The translations under genes were made by a program, and so were the position numbers. Below, piece by piece: positions 13,765 to 26,431 of a stretch of DNA of 64,000 bases. The stretch is taken from positions 83,813,073-83,877,072 of the forward strand of contig NC_052151.1 of NCBI RefSeq assembly GCF_902713615.1. Reading direction: 5' to 3'. The notes under the pieces were generated by a model. That model had not been told where the DNA came from. It saw only the letters and a list, made by a program, of their open reading frames with translations, and made no database searches. Source of the DNA: Scyliorhinus canicula (Eukaryota). How positions within the stretch are numbered: the first letter of the stretch is position 1; every line of letters begins with the position of its first letter.

Positions 13765-15241
13765 CCATGATGTGGAGATGCCGGTGTTGGACTGGGGTGA
13801 GCACAGTAAGGAGTCTTACAACACCAGTTTAAAGTCCAACAGGTTTGTTTCAAACACTAGCTGTCGGAGCATTGCTCCCTGTGTCCCGTGTTTGACGTCT
13901 GAGGAGTTCAGTGCGGTTTTTTGCTGTGGCGCGTTGGAACTGTTGGATCGATGAGTCGAGCGCCATATCCTGTTTGTACGAGGGCATCTTTCAGCGTCTA
14001 TAGATGTCTGTTACCCTCCTCCTCATCTGAGCAGATCCTGTGTATACGGAGGGCTTGTCCATCGGGGATGGCTTCTTTCATGTGTTTAGGGTGGAAGCTG
14101 GAGAAATGGAGCATCGTGAGGTTATCCGTGGGCTTGCAGTGAAGCAAAGTGCTGAGGTGACCGTCCTTGATGGAGATGTGTGTCCAAGAGTGCAACCAAT
14201 TGTGGAGAATAGTCCATGGTGAGTCTGATGGTGGGATGGAACTTATTGATGTCATCATGTAGTCGTTTCAGTGATTCTTCGCCGTGGGTCCGAAAGGAAA
14301 AAAATGTCATCGATGTATCTGGTGTATAACGTCGGTTGAAGGTCCTGTGTGGTGAGGAGGTCTTGTTCAAACTTGTGCATGGACACAACCGACAGAGTAC
14401 CCTTCATCGTCCAGTACTTTCCCGGAGCGGAAAAACTACGACATCTTCTTCGCAGCCTTCAACACATCATCAATGAAAATGAACATCTAGCCAAGGTCAT
14501 CCCCACACCCCGACTACTTGCCTTCAAACAACCGCGCAACCTCAAACAAACCATTGTTTGCAGCAAACTACCCAGCCTTCAGAACAGAGACCACGACACC
14601 ACACAACCCTGCCATGGCAATCTTTGCAAGACGTGCCAGATCATCGACATGTGTCTACCTCATTCGCTGCAGGAAAGGATGTCCTGATGCGTGGTACATT
14701 GGCGAGACTATGCAAACACTGCAACAACGAATGAATGGACATCGTGCGACAATCACCAGGCAGGAATGTTCCCTCCCAGTCGGGGAACACTTCAGCAGTC
14801 AAGGGCATTCAGCCTCTGATCTCCGGGTAAGCATTCTCCCAGGCGGCCTTCAGGACGCGCGACAACGCAGAATCGCTGAGCAGAAACTTGTAGCCAAGTT
14901 CCCCACACATGAGTGCGGCCTCAACTGGGGCCTGGGATTCATGTCGCATTACATTCATCCCCAACCATCTGACCTGGGCTTGCGAAATCCTACCAACTGT
15001 CCTGGCTTGAGACAATTCACACCTCTTTAACCTGGGGTTACCCCTCTCTCTGGATCTGTAAAGATTTAATCACCTGCTAATGCTCGCATTCTAAGCATTG
15101 TCTGGCATCTTTGAATTTCTCTATATATATGTTTCTGGAACATACCTCTTCATTCACCTGAGGAAGGAGCTGTGCTCCGAAAGCTAGTGTTTGAAACAAA
15201 CCTGTTGGACTTTAAACTGGTGTTGTAAGACTTGTTACTAC
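13765..15241 (+). mobile_element. Penelope-like retroelement (GIY-YIG), 5'-truncated with inverted segments
   Basis: + strand GIY-YIG domain (VYLIRC..AWYIGET..RMNGHR..EQKLV..GLN, about 14650-14930); - strand RT C-terminal part (HGEESLKRLHDDINKFHPTIRLT, about 13980-14375); terminal repeat inverted at about 13808-13880 vs 15165-15240; 9-bp flanking direct repeat AATCTTGAG (13756-13764, 15242-15250). Confidence 0.9.
15155..15189 (+). ncRNA. Minimal type I hammerhead-ribozyme-like motif in the Penelope terminal repeat
   Basis: CAC-CTGAGGA-A-GGAGC-TGT-GCTCC-GAAAGCTA-GTG: CUGAnGA and GAAA cores, GGAGC/GCTCC stem II, palindromic AGCT stem III, CAC/GTG stem I. Confidence 0.65.
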
Positions 15242-16568
15242 AATCTTGAGACAAAAACACTTAAGCAAAACGTGCAGTGCCCAATAATCAATTACTGGTT
15301 TAGAAGCTCGACAAACAAGATCATTTTCCATTAGTGTAACAAAAGATGAGTTTTACCTCGGAATAACAAATTTAAAAAATTGATCACAAACCCTCATCAA
15401 TTTAAAAGGATATGAATGGTTGCTCAAATTGACTGCAAATCAAATCACAGAACAGTTCAATTTTGCTCAATTACCAAATGCTATAGAATACAATACAGCA
15501 AAAATACTACTGGATAAGTGCAATCTACCAACCATCATGGTTAAATATTTACTTAACAACAAAGGGGCTCACCGTGTAATGATAATATAACCTCACTTTA
15601 TGTTTCACATGTTGTACATTTTGTCAGAATACGCCCACCTACGGATTAAGTCACATGGCAGCGGCAGGAACATGTGTTTGCGCTGTGGAGGCTGTCGGGA
15701 AATCATGCCATATCTTGCAGCTTTGACCTCATTAATTATGCAACTGGGGGCTTTACACCCTATTCGGTGGCAGGGGAGGCCTGATAGTGCATAGTCCGCA
15801 ATCGTATCTGGGCAACATATTGGGAGCCATTTCAATATCACTGGACCACTGTTGAACGAAGATGGACCTTCTGAAAAAGAAGATAGATCAAGGGGATCTT
15901 TTTGAGGCTTGAAGATGGATCTCCTCGATGACACTGAAACTGGAAGATCCACCAGTCGATGCTCCCTCCACCCACTGTTGTGGTGTTCCACAGTTCAGGT
16001 TTGCTGGTGTCCTCCATTCCGAACTCCGAAGGAAGCACTATTCATTGTTTAGGTGAGTCCCAACATCTGTTCGTCACCGCTGGCGTGGTCCACAATGCTT
16101 ACAGGCAGGGGATATAAATAAATACCTCTTAATGAGAAGTAAAAGCAGTAAAATTGCACACTTGACCGATTGGAATGCACTTAGTACTAGGATTGTACTT
16201 GCGTCTCTTTGATGTGGCCAGTGTTTACAAACATTGGGGTTTCACCACTTCGGCCACTAAACCGTGAAGGGAGATGACTGATTCAAAGCTGTAGATGGTT
16301 TGTAGAAGCTGTCCATCACAGACCACAGCTAGAAAGCTATGAATGGCCTGCAGCAAATGGATCTGTGGGAATCAGACGGTCACAGCTGTTCTCCATCGAG
16401 GAACGGACGCATGGAGCTTCTAGGTAAGTGTTACAGCTGTAATTCTGCTCATTGGCCCTGTCTGTACTGCTCTCCAGCTTCCAGCCTGGGGTCTCATTTT
16501 GGAGAGGGGAAGAGAGAGTGGGGGGGGGGGGGAACGTGTGAGGCGAGTGTCCCTTCAGGCAAGAGGGG

Positions 16569-16895
16569 TCATAGAATCATAGAAGAATCATAGAATTCCT
16601 ACAGTGCAGAAGGAGACCATTCAGCCCATCAAGTCTGCACCTACCCTCTGAAAGAGTACCCCACCGGGCCCAAACGCCACACTATCTCCGTAACACCACC
16701 TAGAGCCAATTTAGCATAGTCAGTTCACCTAACCTGCACATCTTTGGACTGTGGGAGGAAACCGGAGCACCCGGAGGAAAACCACGCAGACCCGGGGAGA
16801 AAGTGCAAACTCCACACAGACAGTCTCCTGAGGTCAGAATCGAATCCGGGTCCCTGGCGCTGTGAGGCAACAGTGGTAACCACTGTGCCACATGC
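16569..16895 (-). mobile_element. V-SINE (HE1-like), CR1-type tail
   Basis: Head, V core and (TTCTATGA)n-like tail all present on the reverse strand. Confidence 0.85.
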
Positions 16896-17017
16896 TGGTG
16901 CCTGTAGAGGGTGTCTCCGTGTCTCCCTATTTGAGGTGGGGGGGGGGGAGGGACCTCGTTCGGGACTCCCCTGTATTTGGGTTAAGGGAACAACCCAGGC
17001 AATGCGGGTGGTGGTGG

Positions 17018-17019
<2 letters not shown>

Positions 17020-17061
<42 letters not shown>
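17020..17061. repeat. Long poly-G homopolymer
   Basis: About 40 consecutive G; similar G/C runs near 22140, 27470, 35830, 37860 and 59285. Confidence 0.9.
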
Positions 17062-17062
<1 letters not shown>

Positions 17063-18459
17063 GTGGTGCGGGTGTGATGGTGCTCGGCCACGGGACATCG
17101 ATATTGGGCCGCTCGCTCAATGGCGATAGCTGGATTCCCTGGGAATCCCTCGCATTCCACACCATGCATAAATTTGCATTGCTTGGAATGCTGAATTGCA
17201 TCCCGCTTTATGACTGCAAGGGGATCATAAAACTGGTGCAGTTCAGCTACGGTGGGAGAACATAGTCTCCTAAAAGAGAATTCAGCCCGATATATTTTCA
17301 AGTCAGGATAGTGTTTGACCCGAGGGGAAATATGAGATAGGTGGAGAAATCTGCTTTAAATCTTCCATCCAGGTTCATTCTGCTACTGGGTGAGGTTTTA
17401 CAACAGCGACATAGGCGAAGACACCAAGTGAGCAGAACCACCCCATCATATCGTGATTGGCGTTATCTACTGTAACAATCAAATATATTTATACCTATGC
17501 TTTTACGTGCAGGAAGAACCTAAAAAAAAATGAAGTTCACAAACCGAAACTAACTTTAATCAATTCTGTGGAAAACATTATCATTAACAGTTAAGTGAAG
17601 CTTGCAGCTGAGATCTTGCAGATGGTGAATGATGGAAACAATTTAACCCTGCAGCATACAAAAATATTTCAAAACCCTCCTTACCCACCATCTTCCATGC
17701 CCCCCCCCCCTCCCCCCCCCCCCATCCCCGTATACTCCCGTTTCCCACCCAAAAAAGAAAGTAAATCTAAACTAAGTACAATTTTAAAAATGTAATGATT
17801 CCCCAGAGATTAAATTAGGAATATTATTTGAAGCAAGATATACACTGTATTCAGCCCCTGCAATGAAGGACTCAATAAAATCTATAGTTATAAGTTTCCC
17901 CTTATCAAAAGTACACAAGAGACAGCTTTCTTAGCCAGACTTTACATTAATTGTGTACTTTGGGCCACAGGAAACCTGTTGCAGCTGTTGATTTACTGCA
18001 CTGCTATAATGATGAGGACATCCTAATCCAGCCACATTTCCTGCACAAAACTGCAGGATTAGAAAGGCAAATGGAGACCTAAAAATTGAATGTATATTAA
18101 CGCACCACCTGCACTTCAATCTGTAAGAGTTTACTCTCACCAAGATCAGGTGCTGCAACTAAAATAAAACTTCCCTTGAAGTGCCAATAAATAAAAGTAT
18201 AAAGTACTCATGGAGGCATTATTTATCAAAAAGATAGAATTAAACAGTTAACAACTAAGCGCCACTTACATTATGATGTAGTTTGCTCGTAGGATAGATT
18301 TTGTTCCTTGTGTGTTTCTGTGTATTCCAGTTGCATTAACAATGTGGCCACAGATAGCTTGGCCTCACTTCCTCCTTTATGTGGAGCCCTCTGTGTGACT
18401 CTATTGAAATGCTTCTCAATGGTCCCTTGGTTCCCCAACACATCTTCAAGCCCAGAGGC

Positions 18460-18570
18460 AAAATATTGGAGATGCTGGAAATTCTAAATATATCAGAAAA
18501 TATTGGAAGTGTACAGCAAGTCAGCCAGAACTTGCAGAGAGAAACAGCATAATGTTTCAGGTTTCATGAT
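18460..18570 (-). mobile_element. Penelope-derived terminal-repeat remnant
   Basis: Reverse complement ACCTGAAACATTATGCTGTTTCTCTCT..GCTGACTTGCTG..TTCCAATATTTTCTG resembles the remnant at 47150-47810. Confidence 0.4.
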
Positions 18571-19176
18571 ATTGCAACAAACACCATGGATTATCCGGTC
18601 ACCGACGCTGAAATCACGTTCGGTGATCAGCCGGAGAATCTGAGTTCCCGGCCAAATCGAGGCTTCCACCGGAGTACGCCACGCCACGTATCGACGGCCT
18701 CAGGACATTGCCTGAAGCCCTCCCCTCGATGCTCCGCCCCGACCGGCCGAGTTCCCGACGGCACCTATCGTCAAACCCACCCGACGGAAACAGAAAAGCC
18801 TGGCCTATGAGGTAACAATCTCAAGCGGCCAAATTGTTCCTTGTAAATGATTATAATACGCAGGCGGACAATTTCAGAGCTCTATACACAGAAATCAGAG
18901 GGAGACCATTTAGATCTGTGAATCTGTTTTACCTTTGGCTAATCTGTAATCTAGCTCCATATACCCACTTGTGCCCCATATTCCTGAATATATTTGGATT
19001 AAAGAAAAATCAATCTCCTCATCAACTGTCATTTGTGGAAGAGTTTCCAAACTTCTGTGTTAAGTGTTTATTAATTTCATTCCTGAAAGGTCTGGCTCTA
19101 TTTTACTCAACTTGCCCCCCTACTCCTAGACCTTGCAAAAATAGCTTTTTTCTATCCTATTTGTTCCCTTTAATAT

Positions 19177-21242
19177 GACTGCTCAGAGACAGTGGACTGG
19201 TTCATATTTAAGAACTCAGCGACCAACTTAAATGAATATGCCACCATCGTCATAGACTTCATCAGCAAATGTGTGGATGACTGCGTACCAAAGAAAGTAG
19301 TACATACGTCCCCCAACCGGAAACCATGGCTCAGTCGCGAGATTGACTCCCTACTGAAGGACGGATCTGAGGTGTTGAAGTCAGACGACCCTGACCTATA
19401 CAAGAAATCCAGCTACGACCTCCGCAAAGCCATCCGAGATGCCAAGAGACAATATCAAACCAAGCTAGAGTCACAGACAGACTCTCGGCGATTGTGGCAA
19501 GGACTAAACAACATAACGGGCTACAAAGCAAGCCGAGCAGTATCTCTGGCAGGGGCGCACCCCACCCCGATGAAGTCAATGCCTTCTATGCTCGGTTTGA
19601 GCAGGTAACCAACAATCCACTGTCGAGTGCCCAGCAGCCCATAACTCTCCCATACCCACCATCACAGCTTCCGAAGTCAGATTGGCCTTCCTGAAAGTGA
19701 ACCCTCGAAAGGCGATGGGCCCGGACGGGATCCCTGGTCGTGCACTCAGAGCCTGCGCGGACCAGCTGGCAGAGGTGTTCGTGGACATCTTTAACCTGTC
19801 CCTACTCCACTCCCAAGGTCCCCACCTGCTTCAAGAAGACCACCATCATACCGGTACCAAAGAAGAACCAGGCAACGTGCCTCAATGACTACCGCCCGGT
19901 GGCCCTGACTTCAGTCGTAATGAAGTGCTTCGAGAGGTTGATCATGAAGCGCATCACCTCCATATTCCCAGAACACCTTGATCCAATGCAATTTGCATAC
20001 CATCGCAACCGGTCGACAACAGACGCCATTTCCCTGACCCTACACTCATCCCAAGAGCATCTTGACAACAAGGACTCCTACATCAGACTCCTATTTATTG
20101 ACTACAGCTCCACCTTCAATCCCAGCCAAGCTCATGTCAAAGATCCAAAACCTAGGACTTGGCTCCCCACTCTGCAACTGGATCCTCGATTTTCTGACCA
20201 ACAGACCACAAGCACTAAGAGTGAACAATAACACCTCCTCCACAATAGTCCTCAATACCGGGGCCCACAAGGTTGCATACTTAACCCCCTACTTTACTCC
20301 CTACTTTGCACACGGCTGCGTGGCAAAATTTGGTTCCAACTCCATCATCTACAAGTTTGCTGAAGTTGTGACCAAAGTGGGCCGGACTCGAATAACGATG
20401 AGTCAGAATACAGGAGGGAGATTGAGAACCTAGTGGAGTGGTGCAGCGACAACAATCTCTCCCTCAATGCCAGCAAAACTAAAGAGCTGATCATCGACTT
20501 CATTAAACAAAATACTGCACACACCCGTGTCAGTATCAACGGGGCCGAGGTGGAGATGGTTAGCAGTTTCAAATTCCTTCGGGTGCACATCTTCAAAAAT
20601 CTGTCCTGGTCCACCCACATCAATGCCAGCACTGAGAAAGCACAACAGTGCCTATACTTCCTCAGGAAACTAAGGAAATTTGGCATGTCCACATTAACCC
20701 TTGCCACTTTTACAGATGCACCATAGAAAGCATCCTATCTGGCCGCATCACAGCCTGGTATGGTAACTGCTCGTCCCAGGACCGCAAGAAACTTCAAAGT
20801 CGTGAACATGGCCCAGTCCATCACACAAACCTGCCTCCCATTCATTGACTCCATCTACACTTCCTGCTGCCTGGGGAAAGGGGGCAGCATAATCTAAGAT
20901 CCCTCCCACCCGGCTTACTCACTCTTCCAACTTCTTCCATCGGGCAGGAGATACAGAAGTCTGAGAACACGCACAAACAGACTCAAAACAGCTTCTTCCC
21001 GCTGTTACCAGACTCCTAAATGACCCTCTTATGGACTGACCTCATTAACACGACACTCTGCGTGCTTCATCCAATGCCTGTGCTTATGTAGTTACATTGT
21101 ATACCTTGTGTTGCCCTATTATGTATTTTGTTTTATTACCTTTTCTTCCCATGTACTTAATGATCTGTTGAGCTGCTCGCAGAAAAATATTTTTCACTGT
21201 GCCTCGGTACACATGACAATAAACAAATCCAATCCAATCCAA
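19177..21242 (+). mobile_element. Rex1/Babar-clade LINE, 5'-truncated and frameshifted
   Basis: [81 protein letters not shown]; (ATCCA)n 3' tail; TSD TAATAT (19171-19176, 21243-21248); inserted into an older CR1 3' remnant. Confidence 0.9.
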
Positions 21243-21789
21243 TAATATCTTGAAAACGTGGATCAAATCACCCCTTTAGCCTTCTCAGTACCAGGGAATG
21301 CAACCTTGGTTGCTTTGCCGGAGCCTTGCTAATAGCTCCTTTGACAAAGAGAACAAAATTTATAATTCTTAATTTTGTTTTGCACTGCCTTTTGATTGAG
21401 GCAACCTAACAGCTGAAAATAATGTAGCATGATGTTCGCAGAACGGTATGTGACTTATGACATCATTACTGTAGAGCTCTCCAGAAGTGAGTAAAGTTAA
21501 TTACAGAGCGATCTTTCATGTGCGATTTCCAATGCATTCTATTTATGCTGCGGCCCTGTCAAAACTGAATTCAGATTTCATCCAGTTTTGCTGAAGTGAG
21601 CATCACATCTCAGGATATGATTTAATGGGGTGTATAGATTCAGCCCGTGTGTGAAGCAATCTTTAAATTATCGGACAATTGTTTGACCTGGCAAAGGATC
21701 ACAAAACTCTTGGGCAGATATTTTTGAAAACAATGAACATGTAAACTTCTCATTTAAATGTTAGACCAACTCCAAGATTGGAGGTCCGT

Positions 21790-22205
21790 GGGGCAATTTT
21801 GCGCCCGTGTTAGCTGTGAGCATCAACGGTGACATGGCGCAAAACCCCATAAGAATCAGGAAGTGAGATTCTCGCTGGCAAGATCTTTTTCCGATTTGCC
21901 CGGCCCTCGTGGTGACCATGTCCGCCCTTTCCGGGCAGAACCTCATTTAAATATATTTGAATACATTTTAATATAGTTGATGGGTTTACCCGAGACATGT
22001 TCCGCCCACATTTTGAATGTCACATCGCCAAGGTTTACAACCGCTTTTCAAAACATGAAGCAGCCGAGAGGAACCCGCTGTGAGTACACAAGTATAGAAG
22101 TATAGCTCCCTCGGCGGGGCAGGAGTAATGGGAGTGGGGTGGGGGGGGGGGGGGGGGGAGGTGGGGGGGGGGGGACACGGACGGACGACAGACCGTTAAA
22201 AATAA
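21790..22205. mobile_element. Degenerate MITE
   Basis: Starts GGGCAATTTT, contains the CTCATTTAAATAT motif shared with other MITEs, ends CCGTTAAAAT. Confidence 0.45.
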
Positions 22206-22231
22206 GGAGCGTATCAAACAAGATTTTGTGA

Positions 22232-22454
22232 GGGCAGCACGGTGGCGCAGTGGTTAGCACTGGGATTGCGGCGCTGAGGACCCGGGTTCGATCCCGGCCC
22301 TGGGTCACTGTCTGTGTGGAGTTTGCACATTCTCCCCATGTCTGCCTGGGTTTCATCCCCGAACCCCAAAGATGTGCAGGTTAGGTGGATTGGCCACGCT
22401 AAATTGCCCCTGAATTGAAATAAAAGATAATTGGATACTCTAAATTTATAAAAA
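22232..22454 (+). mobile_element. V-SINE with short type-C A-rich tail
   Basis: GGGCAGCACGGTGGCGCAGTGG head; imperfect TSD AAACAAGATTTT on both sides. Confidence 0.85.
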
Positions 22455-23145
22455 AAACAAGATTTTCTTGAGGCAAAGAAACAGAAAATTTATTAACCAC
22501 TAAACCGGACAGAAAATTTAATTAAAAATATGATGTAACAGTCACACAAGTATCAGAAGTAATGGAGATTAGCGTCCAATAAATAAAAAGTTAAAAGCGT
22601 ATATGGTTCGGGGTCCTTTGATGGTCCTTGAAACGTTAGTTTCAAACGTGGCAAATTTGGATTTGTTGGTTTTGTGGATGTGGTCAGATGTAGAAAACGT
22701 TGCAATTATTACAAGACCTCATTTCACTGGTAGACCTCTAGTAAAGTTAGCTTCTGAACTGGGTAAAACACTTTGTCCCAAAATCCAGAGAGGGAGAGAG
22801 AGCCAAGGCATGTCTCTTCTGCTGAAATCTTTCTTGCAACCTATCTGCAGTGGCTGACAATCTTTCCCTGACATACTTCGCCCCTTGTGTATTTCAAGGA
22901 GTTTTGGGTCGGCTTATCTTTAGCAGCCATTGGTTAAGCATCTAACACTTTGTATTTTAACGAATCTTCCTTAGGTAGTAAGAACTAGGAGCAGGAGTAG
23001 GCCATCTGGTCCCTCGAGCCTGCTCCGCCATTCAATGAGATCATGGCTCATCTTTTGTGGATGCAGCTCCACTTTCCGGCCCGAACACCATAACCCTTAA
23101 TCCCTTTATTCCTCAAAAAACTATCTATCTTTATCTTAAAAACAT

Positions 23146-24225
23146 TTAATGAGGAGCCTCACCTGCTTCACTGGGCAAGGAATTCCATAGATTCACAACC
23201 CTTTGGGTGAAGAAGTTCCTCCTAAACTCAGTCCTAAATCTACTTCCCCTTATTTTGAGGCTATGCCCCCTAGTTCTGCTTTCACCCGCCAGTGGAAACA
23301 ACCTGCCCGCATCTATCCTATCTGTTCCCTTTATAATTTTATATGTTTCTGTAAGATCCCCAAACATCCTTCTAAATTCCAAAGAGTACAGTCCCAGTCT
23401 ACTCAACCTCTCCTCATAATCCAGCCCCTTCAGCTCTGGGATTAACCTAGTGAATCTCCTCTGCACACCCTCCAGCGCCAGTATGTCCTTTCTCAGGTAA
23501 GGAGAGCAAAACCGAACACAATACACCAGGTGTGGCCTCACTAACACCTTATACAATTGCAGCAGAACCTCCCTAGTCTTAAACTCCATCCCTCTAGCAA
23601 TGAAGGACAAAATTCCATTTGCCTCCTCAATCACCTGTTGCAACTGTAAACCAACTTTTTGCAACTCATGCACTAACACACCCAGGTTTCTCTGCACAGC
23701 AGCATGTGTTAATATTTTATGATTTAAATAATAATCCCTTTTGCTGTTAGTCCTACCAAAATGGATAACCTCACATTTGTCAACATTGTATTCCATCTGC
23801 CAGACTCTAGCCCATTCACTAAACCTATCCAAATCCCTCTGCAGACTTTCAGTATCCTCTGCACTTTTTGCTTTACCACTCATCTTAGTGTCATCTGCAA
23901 ACTTGGACACATTGCCCTTGGTCCCCAACTTCAAATCATCTATGTAAATTGTGAACAATTGTGGGCCCAACACTGATCCCTGAGGGAGACCACTAGCTAC
24001 TGATTGCCAACCAGAGAAACACCCATTAATCCCCACTCTTTGCTTTCTATTAATTAACCAATCCTCTATCCATGCTACTACTTTACCCTTAATGCGATGC
24101 ATCTTTAACTTATGCAGCAACCTTGTGTGTGGCACCTTGTTAAAGGCTTTCTGGAAATCCAGATTTACCACATCCATTAGCTCCCCGTTATCTACTGCAC
24201 TGGTAATGTCCTCAAAAAATTCCAC
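23146..24225 (-). pseudogene. CR1 ORF2 reverse transcriptase fragment (359 aa open frame)
   Basis: RT motifs DFQKAF, PQGSVLGP, FADD; the upstream part of ORF2 is broken by frameshifts and stops. Confidence 0.88.
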
Positions 24226-25603
24226 TAAATTAGTTAGGCACGACCTGCCCTTTATGAACCCATGCTGCGTCTACCAAATGGGACAATCTCCATCCAGATG
24301 CCTCACTATTTCTTCCTTGATGATAGATTCCAGCATCTTCCCTACTACCGAAGTTAAGCTCACTGGCCTATAATTACCCGCTTTCTGCCTACTTCCTTAT
24401 TAAACAGTGGTGTCACGTTTGCTCATTTCCAATACGCCGGGACCACCCCAGAGTCTAGTGAATTTTGGTAAATTATCACTAGTGCATTTGCAATTTCCCG
24501 AGCCATCTCTTTTAGCACTCTGAGATGCATTCCATCAGGGCCAGGAGACTTGTCTCCCTTTAGCCCCATTAGCTTGCCCATCACTAGCTCCTCAGTGATA
24601 ACAATCATCTCAAGGTCCTCACCTGTCGTAGCCTCATTTCTATCAGTCACTGGCATGTTATTTGTGTCTTCCACTGTGAAGACCGACCCAAAAAACCTGT
24701 TCAGTTTCTCAGCCATTTCATTATCTCCCATTATTACATCTACCTTCTCATCCTCTAAAGGACCAATATTTACCGTAGCCACTCTTTTTTGTTTTATATA
24801 TTTGTAGAAACTTTTACTATCTGTTTTTATATTCTGAGTAAGTTTACTCTCATAATCTATCTTACTCTTCTTTATAGCTTTTTTAGTAGCTTTCTGTTGC
24901 CCCCTAACGATTTCCCAGTCCTCTAGTCTCCCACTAATCTTTGCCACTTTGAATGCTTTTTCCTTCAATTTGATACTCTCCATTATTTCCTTAGATATCC
25001 ACGATCGATTTTCCCTCTTTCTACCGTTCTTCTTTTTTGTTGGCTTAAACCTTTGCTGAGCACTGTGAAAAATTGCTTGGAAGGTTCTCCACTGTTCCTC
25101 AACCTTTTCACTATAAAGTCTTTGCTCCCAGTCTACCTTAGCTAGCTCTTCTCTCAACCCATTGTAATCTCCTTTGTTTAAGCACAAAACACTAGTGTTT
25201 GATTTTACCTTCTCACCCTCTATCTGTATTTAAATTCCACCATATTGTGATCACTCCTTCCGAGAGGATCCCTAACTATGAGATCATTAATCAATCCTGT
25301 CTCATTACACAGGACCAGATCTAGGACAGCTTGTTCCCTCGTAGGTTCCATTACATACTGTTCTAGAAAACTATCGCAGATACATTCTATAAATTCCTCC
25401 TGAAGGTTGCCTTGACCGACCAGGTTAAACCAATCGACATGTAGATTCAAATCCCCCATGATAACTGCTGTACCATTTCTACATGCATCAGTTATTTCTT
25501 TGTTTATTGCCTGCCCCACCACAATGTTACTATTTGGTGGCCTATAGACGACTTGTATCAGTGACTTTTTCGCCTTACTATTCCTGATTTCCACCCAAAT
25601 TTT

Positions 25604-25930
25604 GGGCCGCACGGTAGAACAAGTGGATAGCACTGTGGCTTCACAGCGCCAGGGTCCCAGGTTCGATTCCCCGCTGGGTCACTGTCTGTGCAGAGCCTGC
25701 ACGTTGTCCCCGTGTCTGCGCGGGTTTCCTCCGGGTGCTCAGGTTTCCTTCCATTGTCCAAAGATGTGCAGGTTGGGTGGATTGGCCATGATAAATTGCC
25801 CTTAGTGACCAAAGGTTAGGAGGGGTTATTAGGTTACGGGGATACGGTGGAAGTAAGGGCTTATGTGGGTCGGTACAGACTCGATGGGCCGAGTAGCCTC
25901 CTTCTGCACTGTATGTTCTATGTTCTATGT
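25604..25930 (+). mobile_element. V-SINE inserted into the CR1 endonuclease region
   Basis: Full head/core/(TGTTCTA)n tail; CAAAT duplicated either side; host reads ..VESI|WVEIRN.. across it. Confidence 0.88.
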
Positions 25931-26431
25931 TCAAATGGATTCAACCTTATCCTCCATAGCACCGATGTCATCCCTTACTATTGTCCGGATGTCATCCTTA
26001 AATAACAGAGCTACACCACCTCCCTTACCATCCACTCTGTCCTTCCGAATAGTTTGATACCCTCGGATATTTAACTCCCAATCGTGACCATCCTTTAACC
26101 ATGTTTCAGTAATGGCCAGTAAATCATAGTCATTCACGATGATTTGTGCCATCAACTCATTTACCTTATTCTGAATACTACAAATATTCAGGTAAAGTAC
26201 ACTTATGCTGGCTTTTATACCTCTGTTTTGAATCTTAACACTTCGATCAGTAACCTCTCCTAAGTTATATTTCCTCTTAACTTTTCTCCTAATTTTCCTT
26301 GTCGTTGAACCCATATCATCATGTGACAACCTGCCGTGTCGCTTACCATTAATGTTTTTACTTCCCGTTTTAGTCCTTTTAGTATTATTGGGCCTATTCA
26401 CTGAGCTCCCCTCAGTCACTGTACCTTGTAC

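Noticed and set aside
14518-15030. GIY-YIG nuclease and nearby RT/esterase ORFs as a possible novel defence or retron-like system
   Set aside because: All are standard, broken parts of separate Penelope, Rex1 and CR1 retroelements with their own boundaries, not a co-organised locus.
16725-17301. Poly-Pro/poly-Gly ORFs resembling formin or extensin
   Set aside because: They are translations of a G homopolymer plus SINE sequence.
22232-22305. tRNA-like sequences with A and B boxes
   Set aside because: These are SINE heads that run into the V core, not standalone tRNA genes.
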